This document shows, one piece after another, positions 48,627 to 59,323 of a DNA stretch of 64,000 nucleotides. The stretch spans positions 64,001 through 128,000 of the forward strand of contig JAWVXD010000001.1 of assembly GCA_033723415.1 (NCBI GenBank), written 5' to 3'. The notes under the pieces were generated by a model. It made no database searches and was not told the origin of the DNA. It saw only the letters and a program-made list of their open reading frames with translations. The translations under genes were made by a program, and so were the position numbers. The stretch comes from Sulfurospirillaceae bacterium. GTDB taxonomy: Bacteria; Campylobacterota; Campylobacteria; Campylobacterales; Sulfurospirillaceae. Position 1 is the first letter of the stretch; each line of letters begins with the position of its first letter.

Positions 48627-49755
48627 GAGTTTTTGATATATCTTTTATCTGCTCGCATATATAATAAACATCATTATCTTTTAATCCATGATATATTGGC
48701 AGAGATAAAATTTTTTGATAATTGCTCAATGCTTTTGGAAAGTCATTAACTTTTATCGAATATTTGTGTTTGTAGTAACTTAAAAGATGTATAGGTATAT
48801 AGTGCAAAGCAGTATTTATGCCTCTGTCTTTTAGATCTCTGGCAAAACTGTCTCTGTTTTTATCTACTTTTATGATATATTGGCTATAGATATGGTCGCC
48901 TTTTTTGACAGGAAGATTGACATGAGGGCAATCTTTTAGTTCTTCATTGTAGATAGCTGCAATTTGTTTTCTTCTTTTGATAAACTCATCATTTTTTTCC
49001 AGTTGTGCTAAAGCAAAAGCTGCATTTAGTTCATTTAAATCATATTTCAAACCTATATCCACAACATCGTAAACATACCCTAGATTTCCGTGATCGTCCC
49101 AACCGTCATTTATAATCGCGTGATTTCTAAGAAGGGAGGCTCTATCTTTTAAATTTTCATTATTTGTAGCTAGTATTCCGCCGCTTGCAAGTGCGTGTTT
49201 CATCTGAGGAGAAAATCTAAAAGTTACTATGTCAGCTTTGAGTCCACCGATCTTTTTACCGTTGTAGGTAGCTCCCATAGCATCTGATGCATCCTCGATT
49301 ATGTTTATATTATATAATTTTGCGATTTTGTAAAGCCTATCAAGATCAGTTGCTTGTCCTGCAATATGATTTATAAATGCACCTTTGAGTTTTTTGCTTC
49401 GGTTCTTTTCAAGCATAATCTCTAAACTGTCCAAATCAATATTAAAATCATCTTCATCAATATCAACAAATACAGGTTCAGCATCAAAATGTCTGATAAC
49501 TTCAGCAACTGAAGGAAATGAATTTACCGAGCATATTATCTTGTCTCCACGTTTGAGATCAAGCGCGCACATAGCAAGATGCATAGCGGATGTTCCGTTA
49601 TTTGTGCTTATGGCATTTTTACTCCCAACATATTCAGTAAATTTTTTTTCTAAAGCTCTAGCCATTTGTGTTTTACTTAGTTCTAAAACTTCGTTGACAT
49701 AAGTTTTTTCTTTAATGTCTATAGATGGCTTGTAAAATGGTATTTCTTTTATCAT
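48619..49755 (-). CDS. DegT/DnrJ/EryC1/StrS family aminotransferase
   Basis: NNGTSAMHLA, PVFVDID, IIEDAS, ILSLPIY. Confidence 0.88.
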   Translation of the reverse strand: MIKEIPFYKPSIDIKEKTYVNEVLELSKTQMARALEKKFTEYVGSKNAISTNNGTSAMHLAMCALDLKRGDKIICSVNSFPSVAEVIRHFDAEPVFVDIDEDDFNIDLDSLEIMLEKNRSKKLKGAFINHIAGQATDLDRLYKIAKLYNINIIEDASDAMGATYNGKKIGGLKADIVTFRFSPQMKHALASGGILATNNENLKDRASLLRNHAIINDGWDDHGNLGYVYDVVDIGLKYDLNELNAAFALAQLEKNDEFIKRRKQIAAIYNEELKDCPHVNLPVKKGDHIYSQYIIKVDKNRDSFARDLKDRGINTALHYIPIHLLSYYKHKYSIKVNDFPKALSNYQKILSLPIYHGLKDNDVYYICEQIKDISKTRV

Positions 49756-49783
49756 TTATAAATCCTTTTGTATTATGCTTTCG

Positions 49784-50587
49784 CTATAATTTTATATCTC
49801 TGGGATATAAAAAGTCGTGTCCTATGGTCCTATGGCTTATTTTGGCTATAATCGGCATTTTTCTTTTAAACTGGTTCTTGTATATTTTATTTTTTATCAA
49901 CTCGATGATCTTGATGCTAAATCCGGCATCTTGCATCTCTTGTTCGTTCATTCTTTTATCAACATACGCATGAAGTGCTTTATCTATGTCGGCATAAGAA
50001 AATCCCAGATCTGCTTCATCACTTTGACCTTCCCATAAATCGGCTGAAGGAGGTTTTGATAAAATTGATTCAGGAATTTCTAAAAATTTGGCGAACTCAA
50101 ATATCTCAGTTTTGTATAGGTCTCCTATTGGATTTATAGCACTTGCCAAATCGCCAAATAGAGTGCCGTATCCAAGCAGAAGTTCACTTTTGTTACTTGT
50201 CCCTAATACTAGAGCATTTTCTCGTGCGGAAATATCGTATAATACGCACATTCTGGCTCTAGCACTAAAATTACCTATCCTTAGATTATTGGCTTTAATA
50301 CCCTGAAAATAGGATTCTACTAAAGGGGCAATTGAAACTGTTTCATAAGTTATATTAAACTTTTCACATAAGAGTAAAGCATCGTCAAGACTTGTTTTAC
50401 TGGAATATGATGAAGGCATCATAACACCTAAAATATCATCACCAAATGCTTTTTTTGCGAGTACTGATACTACAGCTGAATCTATGCCTCCACTTATGCC
50501 TATAACTACTTTTTTAAGTGAAGTCTTGTAAACTTCATTTTGAAGAAATTTGATAATATATGATTCTATTAGCTTGTATCTTTTCAA
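49784..50587 (-). CDS. nadE: NH3-dependent NAD+ synthetase
   Basis: GISGGIDSA, NFSARARM, GTSNKSE, KPPSADLW. Confidence 0.93.
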   Translation of the reverse strand: MKRYKLIESYIIKFLQNEVYKTSLKKVVIGISGGIDSAVVSVLAKKAFGDDILGVMMPSSYSSKTSLDDALLLCEKFNITYETVSIAPLVESYFQGIKANNLRIGNFSARARMCVLYDISARENALVLGTSNKSELLLGYGTLFGDLASAINPIGDLYKTEIFEFAKFLEIPESILSKPPSADLWEGQSDEADLGFSYADIDKALHAYVDKRMNEQEMQDAGFSIKIIELIKNKIYKNQFKRKMPIIAKISHRTIGHDFLYPRDIKL

Positions 50588-50732
50588 AAAAATCCTTACT
50601 ATGTATTGCTATTGAATACTTTAGTATAAAATTATACTAAAGAAATTATTAATTGCATCTTTCAAAAGTAGTTTTTTTGTTTAAGTTTTGTATTATGTTA
50701 TAAATTAAATATTTTTTATGCCGGAGAAGCCT

Positions 50733-51326
50733 ATGCAAATAAAGAAAAAACCTTGCGGTCCATACATGACCAATTGTTATATAGTAAAGGTCAATGATGT
50801 AGAATTTATAGTAGATCCAGGGGTTGGTGCTGATGAATGGGTTAAGCAAAATGTAACAAATCCTGTAGCGATCTTGAACACTCATGGGCACTTTGATCAC
50901 ATATGGAGTAATGCTAGTTTGAGTGAATACTACAATATCCCTATATATACACCCAAAGATGATGTTTTTATGTTGACAAACGATCCATTTTCACAAGGAA
51001 CACCGCCTAGTATTGCTGATGTTGAAGTGAAGGGGGATGAAGTATTTGAGATAGAGAATGTTGAAGTTAGATATTTTTTCTTTCCGGGGCACACCCCTGG
51101 TTGTAGTGCAGTTTTGATAGAAGATGCCCTTTTCAGCGGTGATTTTATATTTAAAAATTCTATCGGACGAGTGGATTTCCCATACAGTAACCCAAATGAT
51201 ATGAAAAACAGCATAAAAAAGTTTTTACAAATTGATAAAAATTACACGATTTATCCGGGGCATGGTGAAAATACATCGGTATTTGAAGAGCAAAAGAGCG
51301 TACCTGCTTGGCTTAATTATATATAG
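50733..51326 (+). CDS. MBL-fold metallo-hydrolase (glyoxalase II-like)
   Basis: THGHFDH, PGHTPG, FSGD, YPGHG. Confidence 0.9.
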   Translation: MQIKKKPCGPYMTNCYIVKVNDVEFIVDPGVGADEWVKQNVTNPVAILNTHGHFDHIWSNASLSEYYNIPIYTPKDDVFMLTNDPFSQGTPPSIADVEVKGDEVFEIENVEVRYFFFPGHTPGCSAVLIEDALFSGDFIFKNSIGRVDFPYSNPNDMKNSIKKFLQIDKNYTIYPGHGENTSVFEEQKSVPAWLNYI

Positions 51327-51328
51327 GA

Positions 51329-51883
51329 CTATCTAGCATGATAGTCTATATCTATATTTTTAATCTTTGTCTTTAAGATATGTTTTTCCAATACTACGGC
51401 TTGATAAATTCCTTCAAATACTTTGATCTCACTTATCTGACCGATTACTCTAATCTCTCTTTTTCTTGAGTCTTCGAATTTTGCTTTAGCTTCAAATTCT
51501 ATTACATCACCGCTTTTGGCAGGTGCTAAAAATTTTGTTTTTGCTGCTATGATAACTAGATTTTCTTCGTTTACGGCAACCGCTGCTGCATATTCTGCTG
51601 CACCGAAAATAAAGCCGCTATGTATTAGCCCCTGAGAATCAACACTCATTTCATTTGTAGTTTGAAGGACTGTCTTTGAAGTACTGTTATTCAAAGAAAT
51701 TATATTTCCTGAGAGACTTGTTCTTACTTTTTGATGGGTGCGTAAATCGTCTCTTACATCATATTCACTCTCTTTATGATAATCAGAACTGTCCATATCC
51801 TCAAAATCTTCTTCAAAATTTTCTTCTCTTCCTAAAAGGTTGTCAGTTTCTTCTTTTGCTAAGGCTTCTGCACTAGTTGCCAT
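51329..51883 (-). CDS. Hotdog-fold (PaaI-like) thioesterase with acidic N-terminus
   Basis: VDSQGLIHSGFIFGAAEYAA, KFLAPAKSGD. Confidence 0.75.
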   Translation of the reverse strand: MATSAEALAKEETDNLLGREENFEEDFEDMDSSDYHKESEYDVRDDLRTHQKVRTSLSGNIISLNNSTSKTVLQTTNEMSVDSQGLIHSGFIFGAAEYAAAVAVNEENLVIIAAKTKFLAPAKSGDVIEFEAKAKFEDSRKREIRVIGQISEIKVFEGIYQAVVLEKHILKTKIKNIDIDYHAR

Positions 51884-51925
51884 ATGTTGTCCTTAATGTT
51901 ATCGTTGTATAACAATATCGGTTAA

Positions 51926-52828
51926 TTATTTTCTTATTTTAATGTAGACTCTTTTTGGAGCAGGATAGCCTTCTATAGTTAGGTCATCGTTTTCAGGATC
52001 AAGGAAGTTTTCTAAGCTTTCTCCTTCTATCCATTCTGTTTTTCTTTGTTCATTCAGATTTGTCTTTTTTATGCATAAAACTTCAAAATCTTTGAATCCA
52101 GCTCTTGTACACCAATTTTTAAGTGCATTAACTGTCGGTATAAAATAAATATTTGGAATTTTTGAGTATCTTCCTTCAGGTGTTAAACAAACAGCTTCGT
52201 CTCCGTCTATCATAAAAGTATCCAAGATGACTTCACCGTCTTTGTTCAACCCTTTGTTTAAAGCTTTGAGTGAGCTGATAGGATCACTTCTGTGGTATAA
52301 AACTCCAAGGCAGAAAATCAAATCAAATTTATTTTCATAATATGGAAGATGTTCTATACCTAAAAGTTCAAAGATTATAGGGGACTTTATGAAATGATTT
52401 ATAAAATCAAACTGAGTTTTATAGTGAATTGATGGATCAAAGCCAACTAATTTCTTTGGCTTATGAGTCAACATTCTAAAAAGATAGTAACCGTTGTTAC
52501 ATCCTATGTCGGCTACACATTTGTCTTTTAAGTCAAAATACGGTTCCAAAATATTGTATTTTATATTACTTTGCCATTCGCTGTCTATGTAAGTTCCAAA
52601 AACATCAAACGGACCTTTTCTCCAAGGCCTGAGTTGCCATGCTAGATCACTGATCTTCTCTTTTACATTCTTGTCTAAATTGTAATTTTCCAATTTGACG
52701 ACATCTTGCAGACTGATATGAGTATCTTTTATATCAGGCAGTTTTTGAAGATCTTCTCTGAGAGGTTTTATGTCTTTCCATTCGTACCATTTTAGTCTGT
52801 CACATCTTATTTTGCTTAAATCAATCAA
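51926..52828 (-). CDS. cmoB: tRNA U34 carboxymethyltransferase
   Basis: PWRKGPF, IDSEWQS, DIGCNNGYY, GVLYHR, TIEGYPAP. Confidence 0.92.
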   Translation of the reverse strand: MIDLSKIRCDRLKWYEWKDIKPLREDLQKLPDIKDTHISLQDVVKLENYNLDKNVKEKISDLAWQLRPWRKGPFDVFGTYIDSEWQSNIKYNILEPYFDLKDKCVADIGCNNGYYLFRMLTHKPKKLVGFDPSIHYKTQFDFINHFIKSPIIFELLGIEHLPYYENKFDLIFCLGVLYHRSDPISSLKALNKGLNKDGEVILDTFMIDGDEAVCLTPEGRYSKIPNIYFIPTVNALKNWCTRAGFKDFEVLCIKKTNLNEQRKTEWIEGESLENFLDPENDDLTIEGYPAPKRVYIKIRK

Positions 52829-53034
52829 TCGGCTATTGCCTTGTAAGTTTTTTTAATATCTTTTTTGACACCTTTATATTCGATCAAATTTTTATCGCAG
52901 TCTTTATGATAAATACCCATGCCGTCATAATATTCATGACATTCATTGTAGTATTGAGTCGAGATGCCTCTATTATTGACATATATGCATCCGCTAAAAA
53001 AAAGTGCTATAATTGCTATTAATGCTATTTTCAT
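52825..53034 (-). CDS. Small lipoprotein
   Basis: MKIALIAIIALFFSG-C lipobox; CHEYYDGMGIYHKDC. Confidence 0.7.
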   Translation of the reverse strand: MKIALIAIIALFFSGCIYVNNRGISTQYYNECHEYYDGMGIYHKDCDKNLIEYKGVKKDIKKTYKAIAD

Positions 53035-53098
53035 GAGATTATGATAGCATTTCATTCATAATAATGTACTTAAAAAAGTTTGTGCCGGAGGATTGATA

Positions 53099-53656
53099 AT
53101 GTCAGTAGTTTTGATTGTGATTTTGGTTCTTATAGCCTTGTTAGTTCTAATGTACAATTCTTTAGTCGCCAAGAAAAATCAAGTTGACAATATTTTTGCA
53201 AGTGTTGATGTCATGTTAAAAAAAAGATATGATCTGATCCCGAATTTGGTTGCAAGCGTCGGTGAGTATATGGAACATGAAAAAAGTATTTTAGAAGAGA
53301 TAACTACATTAAGATCATCGGCGAATAAAAGAAACCTTAGTGATGAAGAAAAAATTGATTTAGATGCAAAAGTTACTCAAACGCTTAAGTCTATTATGGT
53401 TGCGGTTGAAAATTATCCAAATCTAAAAGCAAATGAAAATGTTTTGCATCTTCAGCGCTCTTTAAATGAGATAGAAGAGCAGATTTCAGCAGCTAGACGG
53501 GCATACAATCAAGCCGTAACTGACTACAACAATGCTTTAGAGATGATCCCTACGAATTTTATGGCTTCTATGATGCATTACAGCCGTAAAAAACTGTTTG
53601 TAACAAGAGAAGAAGAAAGAAAAAACGTGGATGTAAGAAAAATATTTGATAAATGA
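53099..53656 (+). CDS. lemA: LemA family protein
   Basis: YNSLV..KKRYDLIPNLV, VENYPNLKAN, ARRAYN. Confidence 0.9.
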   Translation: MSVVLIVILVLIALLVLMYNSLVAKKNQVDNIFASVDVMLKKRYDLIPNLVASVGEYMEHEKSILEEITTLRSSANKRNLSDEEKIDLDAKVTQTLKSIMVAVENYPNLKANENVLHLQRSLNEIEEQISAARRAYNQAVTDYNNALEMIPTNFMASMMHYSRKKLFVTREEERKNVDVRKIFDK

Positions 53657-54597
53657 AAAGCATTAGCGAGCTGACAGAGTTTTATTATCATAATCTTTAC
53701 CCTGTATTGGTTGAATTGGATAAAAAAAGAGAGAGTATAAAATTTAGAATTATACTGGCCGTATGCGGTATTGGATTGTTTGATTTCATCTTTTTAACTT
53801 ATATGAATGATGAGATTTATTGGCTGATAGTTGTAAATATAATTATTTTGTCGATCATATATAAGTACTTGACACGTGATTATAAACAGGAGTTTAAAGA
53901 CAGTGTGATTGCACCTCTTGTTGTCGAAATAGACAAGAATTTAAGCTATATGAAAAATGCATATATTGACAAAAAGTCGTTTGAACGATCAAAAATTTTC
54001 ACTTTGCCTCCTGATAAATTAAGCGGTAATGACTATATCCATGGAACTATAGATGGCGTAAAAATCGAGTTTTCAGATATATATGCACAGAAAAAAGAGA
54101 CAAACTCCAAGGGAGAAACAAATTGGAAGACAATATTTCAAGGGCTTTTTATAGTCTCTCAGTTTAATAAAAATTTTAAGGCAGAAACAGTTGTCCTGCC
54201 TGATGGGGCACAAAGCTCCTTTGGCTCGCTGATCGGAGGATGGTTGCAAGCTCATAATATGAATAGAGATGAATTAGTAAAGATGGACAGCATTGAATTT
54301 GAGAAGCAATTTGTCGTTTATTCTAGCGATCAAATAGAAGCCAGATATATACTTACAAATTCATTGATGGATAGACTGCTTACTTTTCAAAGAAAGTCAA
54401 AGCACAGATTATCGGTATCTTTTGTAAATTCACAGATATATATGGCTATAGAATATGGGAAAGATTTGTTTGAGCCGACTATTTTTAATTCACTTTTAAA
54501 ATATAAAACGGCACTAGAATATATATATACTCTTCATTTGGCTGTAGGTATAGTCGAAGAGTTAAAATTAAATGAAAAATTATGGAGTAAAACTTGA
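53653..54597 (+). CDS. DUF3137 domain protein
   Basis: Two N-terminal TMs, TIFQGLF, FEKQFVVYSSDQIEARYILT; follows lemA. Confidence 0.75.
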   Translation: MKSISELTEFYYHNLYPVLVELDKKRESIKFRIILAVCGIGLFDFIFLTYMNDEIYWLIVVNIIILSIIYKYLTRDYKQEFKDSVIAPLVVEIDKNLSYMKNAYIDKKSFERSKIFTLPPDKLSGNDYIHGTIDGVKIEFSDIYAQKKETNSKGETNWKTIFQGLFIVSQFNKNFKAETVVLPDGAQSSFGSLIGGWLQAHNMNRDELVKMDSIEFEKQFVVYSSDQIEARYILTNSLMDRLLTFQRKSKHRLSVSFVNSQIYMAIEYGKDLFEPTIFNSLLKYKTALEYIYTLHLAVGIVEELKLNEKLWSKT

Positions 54598-55379
54598 AGA
54601 ATAATTTATTTGAATTAAGCGTTAGAGATTTTTTGAGTCCAAAAATGTTAAAGTATGCGATTTTGCCTTTTATCATAACTTTGGTTGTCATGTATATAAT
54701 ATTTTTTGGCGTAGCCGGTGTGGGATTGGATCAGTTGCACACGACTTTTGATGTGCAGACAACACAGACTACGATTAATAACGGAGTAGCTCATACAAAT
54801 AATTTTACTGCACATCTGCAAAATTCTTCCATTATAAAATTTTTGATGCAGTATGCACTAACTTCTTGGCTAGCTGCATTTTTAGTCTATGCTATAGGAG
54901 GATTTTTCGTACTTTATCTTTCTATTTTTGTCGCTATTCTTGTGCTTGGTTTTATGACTCCTTTTGTGTTAAAAGAACTTCAGCACAGGCATTATAGAGA
55001 TGTTGAGATGATAGGGTATTCTAATTTATTTGAGGGAATATTTTTGATAATCAAGTGGTCTGTTGTCATGATGCTGCTTTTTATCGTATTTATCCCGCTT
55101 TATTTTTTCCCGCTCATAAATATAATAGCTCTTAATTTTCCGTTATATTATTTTTTTCATAAAATGATGATGTACGATATATCCTCTCATATAGCAACTA
55201 GAGAAGAAGAGCGACAAATTAGATACTTCAAAAAAAATTCCTTAAGAGCAAAGACTTTGATACTGTATATTATATCTCTGGTCCCTTTTGCGATATTTTT
55301 TGGCGCAATATTTTATGTTATATATCTTGGGAATACGTATTTTGTCGAAGTAAAAAAAATCAGAAATAAGGAAATATAA
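54594..55379 (+). CDS. EI24/CysZ-like membrane protein
   Basis: Polytopic; GFMTPFVLKELQHRHY, PLYFFPLIN..YYFFHKMMMYD. Confidence 0.65.
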   Translation: MKNNLFELSVRDFLSPKMLKYAILPFIITLVVMYIIFFGVAGVGLDQLHTTFDVQTTQTTINNGVAHTNNFTAHLQNSSIIKFLMQYALTSWLAAFLVYAIGGFFVLYLSIFVAILVLGFMTPFVLKELQHRHYRDVEMIGYSNLFEGIFLIIKWSVVMMLLFIVFIPLYFFPLINIIALNFPLYYFFHKMMMYDISSHIATREEERQIRYFKKNSLRAKTLILYIISLVPFAIFFGAIFYVIYLGNTYFVEVKKIRNKEI

Positions 55380-55381
55380 AA

Positions 55382-56659
55382 ATGAAAAGTACCCTTGAGT
55401 ATTTTGAAGAAATATCAAAAATTCCACGATGCAGTTATGAGGCAGAAAAAATGCAAGAATTTTTGGTACTAGAAGCAAAAAAACTTCATTATGATGTAGA
55501 AATAGACAGTTTTGGCAATATATTGTGCAAAAAAGGAAAACCAAAGATCTGTTTGCAATCACACTATGACATGGTATGTCTAGGAGATGCTCCAAATATA
55601 GAGTTGGTTAAAGAGAACAATATTTTAAAAACAAAGAATTCTACTCTGGGCGCAGACAATGGCATAGGAGTTTCTATCATGCTTTATTGTATGCAAAAAT
55701 ATAATGATCTAGAGTGCTTGTTTACTTCTGATGAAGAAGTGGGATTGATAGGGGCAACAAATCTAAAGCTTCGTATTGATGCACCAAACATCTTAAATCT
55801 AGACGGAGAAGATGAAAAGGAAATATATACAGGCTGTGCGGGAGGTACCGACATGCAGGCGCTTCTTGAGTTAGAATATGAAAGTCTTCCTTTGGAGGCA
55901 AAAGTCTATAAGGCACAAGTCATAGGTCTGCGTGGTGGGCACAGCGGTATTGATATAGATAAAAATATAGCTTCAAGTGCAAAGGTAATATCAAAATTTT
56001 TATCCAAATTTGATTGTGATTTGATCGAATTGAGCGCAGGAGAGAGAAGAAACTCCATAGCCAAAGGAGCTACTGCGATATTCACAAGTGAAGATATCAT
56101 AGAGAGTGATGATGATCATGTGGTAGTTGAGCGTGTGCAAAACATATACTCTAAGAAAATAAAAAATTCAAATAAGATAATAGACTCCCTTCATGCATTT
56201 TCACAAGGTGTAAGAAGCTGGAATAAAGAGTATGGTATACCTGATAACAGTGCAAATATAGGGATAGTTGAAACAAAAGACGATATGGCAAAGATTATAA
56301 TTTCATTGAGATTTATGGATGATCTAAGAGGAGATGAACTCTCTAGTGAGACAGAGGCATTCTTTAAAGTCTGTGGATTTTCAACTGCGATACTTTCATC
56401 TCACGGAGCTTGGACACCAAATGTCGGAGATTTTTCAAATAGAGTAAAAAACACCATCTCAAAATATGTTCCGAATGCAGAGTTTAAAGCTATCCATGCA
56501 GGGCTTGAATGCGGCATTTTAATAAGTACTCAAAAGGAAGAAAAAGAGGCGATTTCTATAGGTCCCATCATAAGATCCCCTCACTCAATAAGAGAAGAGT
56601 GTGATTTGGATTCTGTTGAGAGAATACGCAGTGCGGTAGAAGAGATTATCTCGCTTTAA
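55382..56659 (+). CDS. pepD: M20 family aminoacyl-histidine dipeptidase
   Basis: ISKIPRCS, LQSHYDMV, LGADNGIG, DEEVGL, GGHSG, IHAGLECG, SPHS. Confidence 0.82.
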   Translation: MKSTLEYFEEISKIPRCSYEAEKMQEFLVLEAKKLHYDVEIDSFGNILCKKGKPKICLQSHYDMVCLGDAPNIELVKENNILKTKNSTLGADNGIGVSIMLYCMQKYNDLECLFTSDEEVGLIGATNLKLRIDAPNILNLDGEDEKEIYTGCAGGTDMQALLELEYESLPLEAKVYKAQVIGLRGGHSGIDIDKNIASSAKVISKFLSKFDCDLIELSAGERRNSIAKGATAIFTSEDIIESDDDHVVVERVQNIYSKKIKNSNKIIDSLHAFSQGVRSWNKEYGIPDNSANIGIVETKDDMAKIIISLRFMDDLRGDELSSETEAFFKVCGFSTAILSSHGAWTPNVGDFSNRVKNTISKYVPNAEFKAIHAGLECGILISTQKEEKEAISIGPIIRSPHSIREECDLDSVERIRSAVEEIISL

Positions 56660-57290
56660 ATCCCTCTTTGCTTTTACAGTAGTCGATCAAGATACACTCA
56701 TCGCATTTTGGATTTTTGGCAGTGCATACATATCTGCCGAACAAAACCATGGCTTGATGAAGTACATGAAGATTGTCTTTGAAGATCTTTGTGAGATCGA
56801 CTTCTGTTTTTATCGCGGTTTCAGCTTTGCTAAGTCCTAATCTGTGAGCAACTCTAAAAACATGGGTATCCACTGCCATCAAGTTTGCATTGGCATATTC
56901 TATCATGACTACATGAGCTGTTTTTTGACCGACTCCTGCGAGAGTAATCAGTTTTTTTTCATCAAGAGGGATAACACCATCAAAGTTATCTATGACGCTT
57001 TTTGCCATATTTATTATATTTTTAGCCTTGTTGTTAAAAAATGAACATGACTTAATTATCTCTTTTACATCATCAAGGTCCGCAGCAGCCAGCTCTTTTA
57101 CGCTTGGATATTTTTTAAAAAGAGCAGGTGTGATCATATTGACTCTTTTATCCGTGCATTGAGCTGAGAGTATTACAGAGATCAATAGTTCATACAGGTT
57201 TTCATATCTTAATTCCGTTACTGCATTTTCATAATTTTCTAAAAAAATTTCTTTAATTTTTTGGGCTTCATTTTTGGTTGTCTTTTTCAT
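56646..57290 (-). CDS. nth: Endonuclease III
   Basis: LSAQCTDKRVN, HhH LAGVGQKTA, AVDTHVFRV, 4Fe-4S CTAKNPKCDECILIDYC. Confidence 0.95.
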   Translation of the reverse strand: MKKTTKNEAQKIKEIFLENYENAVTELRYENLYELLISVILSAQCTDKRVNMITPALFKKYPSVKELAAADLDDVKEIIKSCSFFNNKAKNIINMAKSVIDNFDGVIPLDEKKLITLAGVGQKTAHVVMIEYANANLMAVDTHVFRVAHRLGLSKAETAIKTEVDLTKIFKDNLHVLHQAMVLFGRYVCTAKNPKCDECILIDYCKSKEGFKAR

Positions 57291-57391
57291 GACGGGTATT
57301 TTATAGAAATTGGAATTAAAAGAAGATTTATTAATTATTTAAAATAATAGAGTATAATTTACCCCGTAAAATAAATTTAAAAAGGACTTAG

Positions 57392-58204
57392 ATGAAGAAG
57401 ATAATATTTGCAAGTTTTATTGCTATTTTGTTTGGTGTTAGCTTGAATGCTACAGTTTATGCAACAGTTAATGGGAAAGACATAACAGATCAAGATTTGA
57501 AAGTACTACTAAGAGCAATGCCTGGAGTTACATATGAGCAACTTCCTCCAACAACTCAAAAGAAAGTAGTAGAACAAGCTATAGAGAGAGAACTTTTGGC
57601 AAGCAATGCAGTTAAATCAGGCATAGAAAACGATCCTGAATTTAAAAGTGCATTAGTTAAGATTAAGAGTGATCTAGCTTTGGAACTTTGGATGAAAAAA
57701 GAGTATGCACAAATAAAAGTTGATGAAAAATCTATCAAAGATTATTTCAATAAAAATGCCGACAAATTTGTAAAACCGTCTCGTGCAAAAGCAAGACATA
57801 TCCTTTTAAAAACAGAAAAAGATGCTGAAGCAGTTATAAATCAACTTAAAAACTTGAAAGGTGACGCTCTAACTAAAAAATTTATAGAATTAGCAAAAAC
57901 AAAATCAACAGGTCCAAGTGCAAAAGAGGGTGGAGAACTTGGCTGGTTTGACAAAGGCAGAATGGTAAAACCATTTAGCGATGCTGCATTTGCATTAAAC
58001 GTTGGAACTATTACTCTAAAACCTGTACATACACAATTTGGTTACCATGTTATCTTGCTAGAAAACAAAGAAGTAGGTAAAAAAGCTACTTTGGCTGAAA
58101 TGAAACCTAAAATTGAATATGCATTGAAAATGGATAAATTTAGAAAAAAAGTATCAAATATCGCAATCGGACTTAAAAAAGGCGCTAAGATAACAATTAA
58201 ATAA
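57392..58204 (+). CDS. Periplasmic parvulin-type peptidyl-prolyl isomerase (PEB4/Cbf2-like)
   Basis: Signal peptide, ARHILL, GGELGWF, MVKPFSDAAF, TQFGYHVI. Confidence 0.9.
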   Translation: MKKIIFASFIAILFGVSLNATVYATVNGKDITDQDLKVLLRAMPGVTYEQLPPTTQKKVVEQAIERELLASNAVKSGIENDPEFKSALVKIKSDLALELWMKKEYAQIKVDEKSIKDYFNKNADKFVKPSRAKARHILLKTEKDAEAVINQLKNLKGDALTKKFIELAKTKSTGPSAKEGGELGWFDKGRMVKPFSDAAFALNVGTITLKPVHTQFGYHVILLENKEVGKKATLAEMKPKIEYALKMDKFRKKVSNIAIGLKKGAKITIK

Positions 58205-58215
58205 AGGGCTATTTA

Positions 58216-59292
58216 ATGCAAGGTAAAAAAATATTTGATTTTGTGAAACCAGGGGTTGTTTTTGGTGATGATTTGCAAAAGATTTATGAGATAGCAAAGG
58301 CAAATTCCTTTGCTATCCCTGCTGTAAATGTTGTTGGCACAAATTCTGTAAACGCTGTGATGGAAGCAGCAAAAAATGTTAATTCTCCCGTTATTATTCA
58401 ATTTTCTAACGGAGGAGCAAGTTACTATGCCGGCAAAGGCATCAATGCAAAAGTCTCAGGTGTCTTGGGTGCCATTAGCGGAGCTTTACATGTTCATACT
58501 TTAGCGCAAGCTTATGGAGTGCCTGTTATTTTGCATACAGATCATGCGGCAAAAAAACTTTTACCATGGATAGATGAACTTTTAAGTGCAGGCGAGAAGT
58601 ATTTTAAAGAACATGGGAAACCACTTTTCAGCTCTCATATGCTTGATCTATCTGAAGAGAGTTTGGAAGAAAATGTGTCAATTTGTAAAGATTATCTCAA
58701 GCGTATGAGTGCAATCGGTATGTCTATCGAGATAGAACTTGGCTGTACAGGAGGAGAAGAAGACGGTGTTGATAATACCCATCTAGACAACTCTTCTTTG
58801 TATACGCAGCCAGAAGATGTGGCATATGCGTACAAAGAGCTTATGGAAGTGAGTGATAAATTTACAATTGCCGCATCTTTTGGCAATGTACATGGCGTTT
58901 ATAAGCCCGGTAACGTAAAACTTACTCCAAAAATCTTGGATAATTCACAAAAATTCATACAAGAAAAATTTGGTACAAAAAATATGCCCGTAAGTTTTGT
59001 ATTTCACGGCGGTAGCGGAAGTGATCCGGATGATATACAAGAAGCCATATCTTACGGTGTTGTAAAGATGAATATAGATACAGATACTCAATGGGCTTTT
59101 TGGAATGGAACAAAAGGTTACATTGAACAAAATATTGATTATCTTCAATCCCAAATTGGAAATCCTGACGGCGATGATAAGCCGAATAAAAAATATTATG
59201 ATCCTAGAGTTTGGTTGAGAGCCGGTGAGATAGGCGTTATTGAGCGCCTTGAGACTGCTTTTAACAATCTAAACTGCTTGGATAGAAATTAG
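58216..59292 (+). CDS. fbaA: Class II fructose-bisphosphate aldolase
   Basis: LHTDH, SSHMLDLSEE, FGNVHGVY, FHGGSG, KMNIDTD. Confidence 0.95.
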   Translation: MQGKKIFDFVKPGVVFGDDLQKIYEIAKANSFAIPAVNVVGTNSVNAVMEAAKNVNSPVIIQFSNGGASYYAGKGINAKVSGVLGAISGALHVHTLAQAYGVPVILHTDHAAKKLLPWIDELLSAGEKYFKEHGKPLFSSHMLDLSEESLEENVSICKDYLKRMSAIGMSIEIELGCTGGEEDGVDNTHLDNSSLYTQPEDVAYAYKELMEVSDKFTIAASFGNVHGVYKPGNVKLTPKILDNSQKFIQEKFGTKNMPVSFVFHGGSGSDPDDIQEAISYGVVKMNIDTDTQWAFWNGTKGYIEQNIDYLQSQIGNPDGDDKPNKKYYDPRVWLRAGEIGVIERLETAFNNLNCLDRN

Positions 59293-59293
59293 A

Positions 59294-59316
59294 AGTGAGC
59301 CTTTAAAAGGCTCACT
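59294..59316. terminator. Hairpin after fbaA (terminator-like)
   Basis: AGTGAGCCTTT-A-AAAGGCTCACT perfect inverted repeat right after the stop; no clear U-tract on the plus strand. Confidence 0.55.
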
Positions 59317-59323
59317 AAAACTT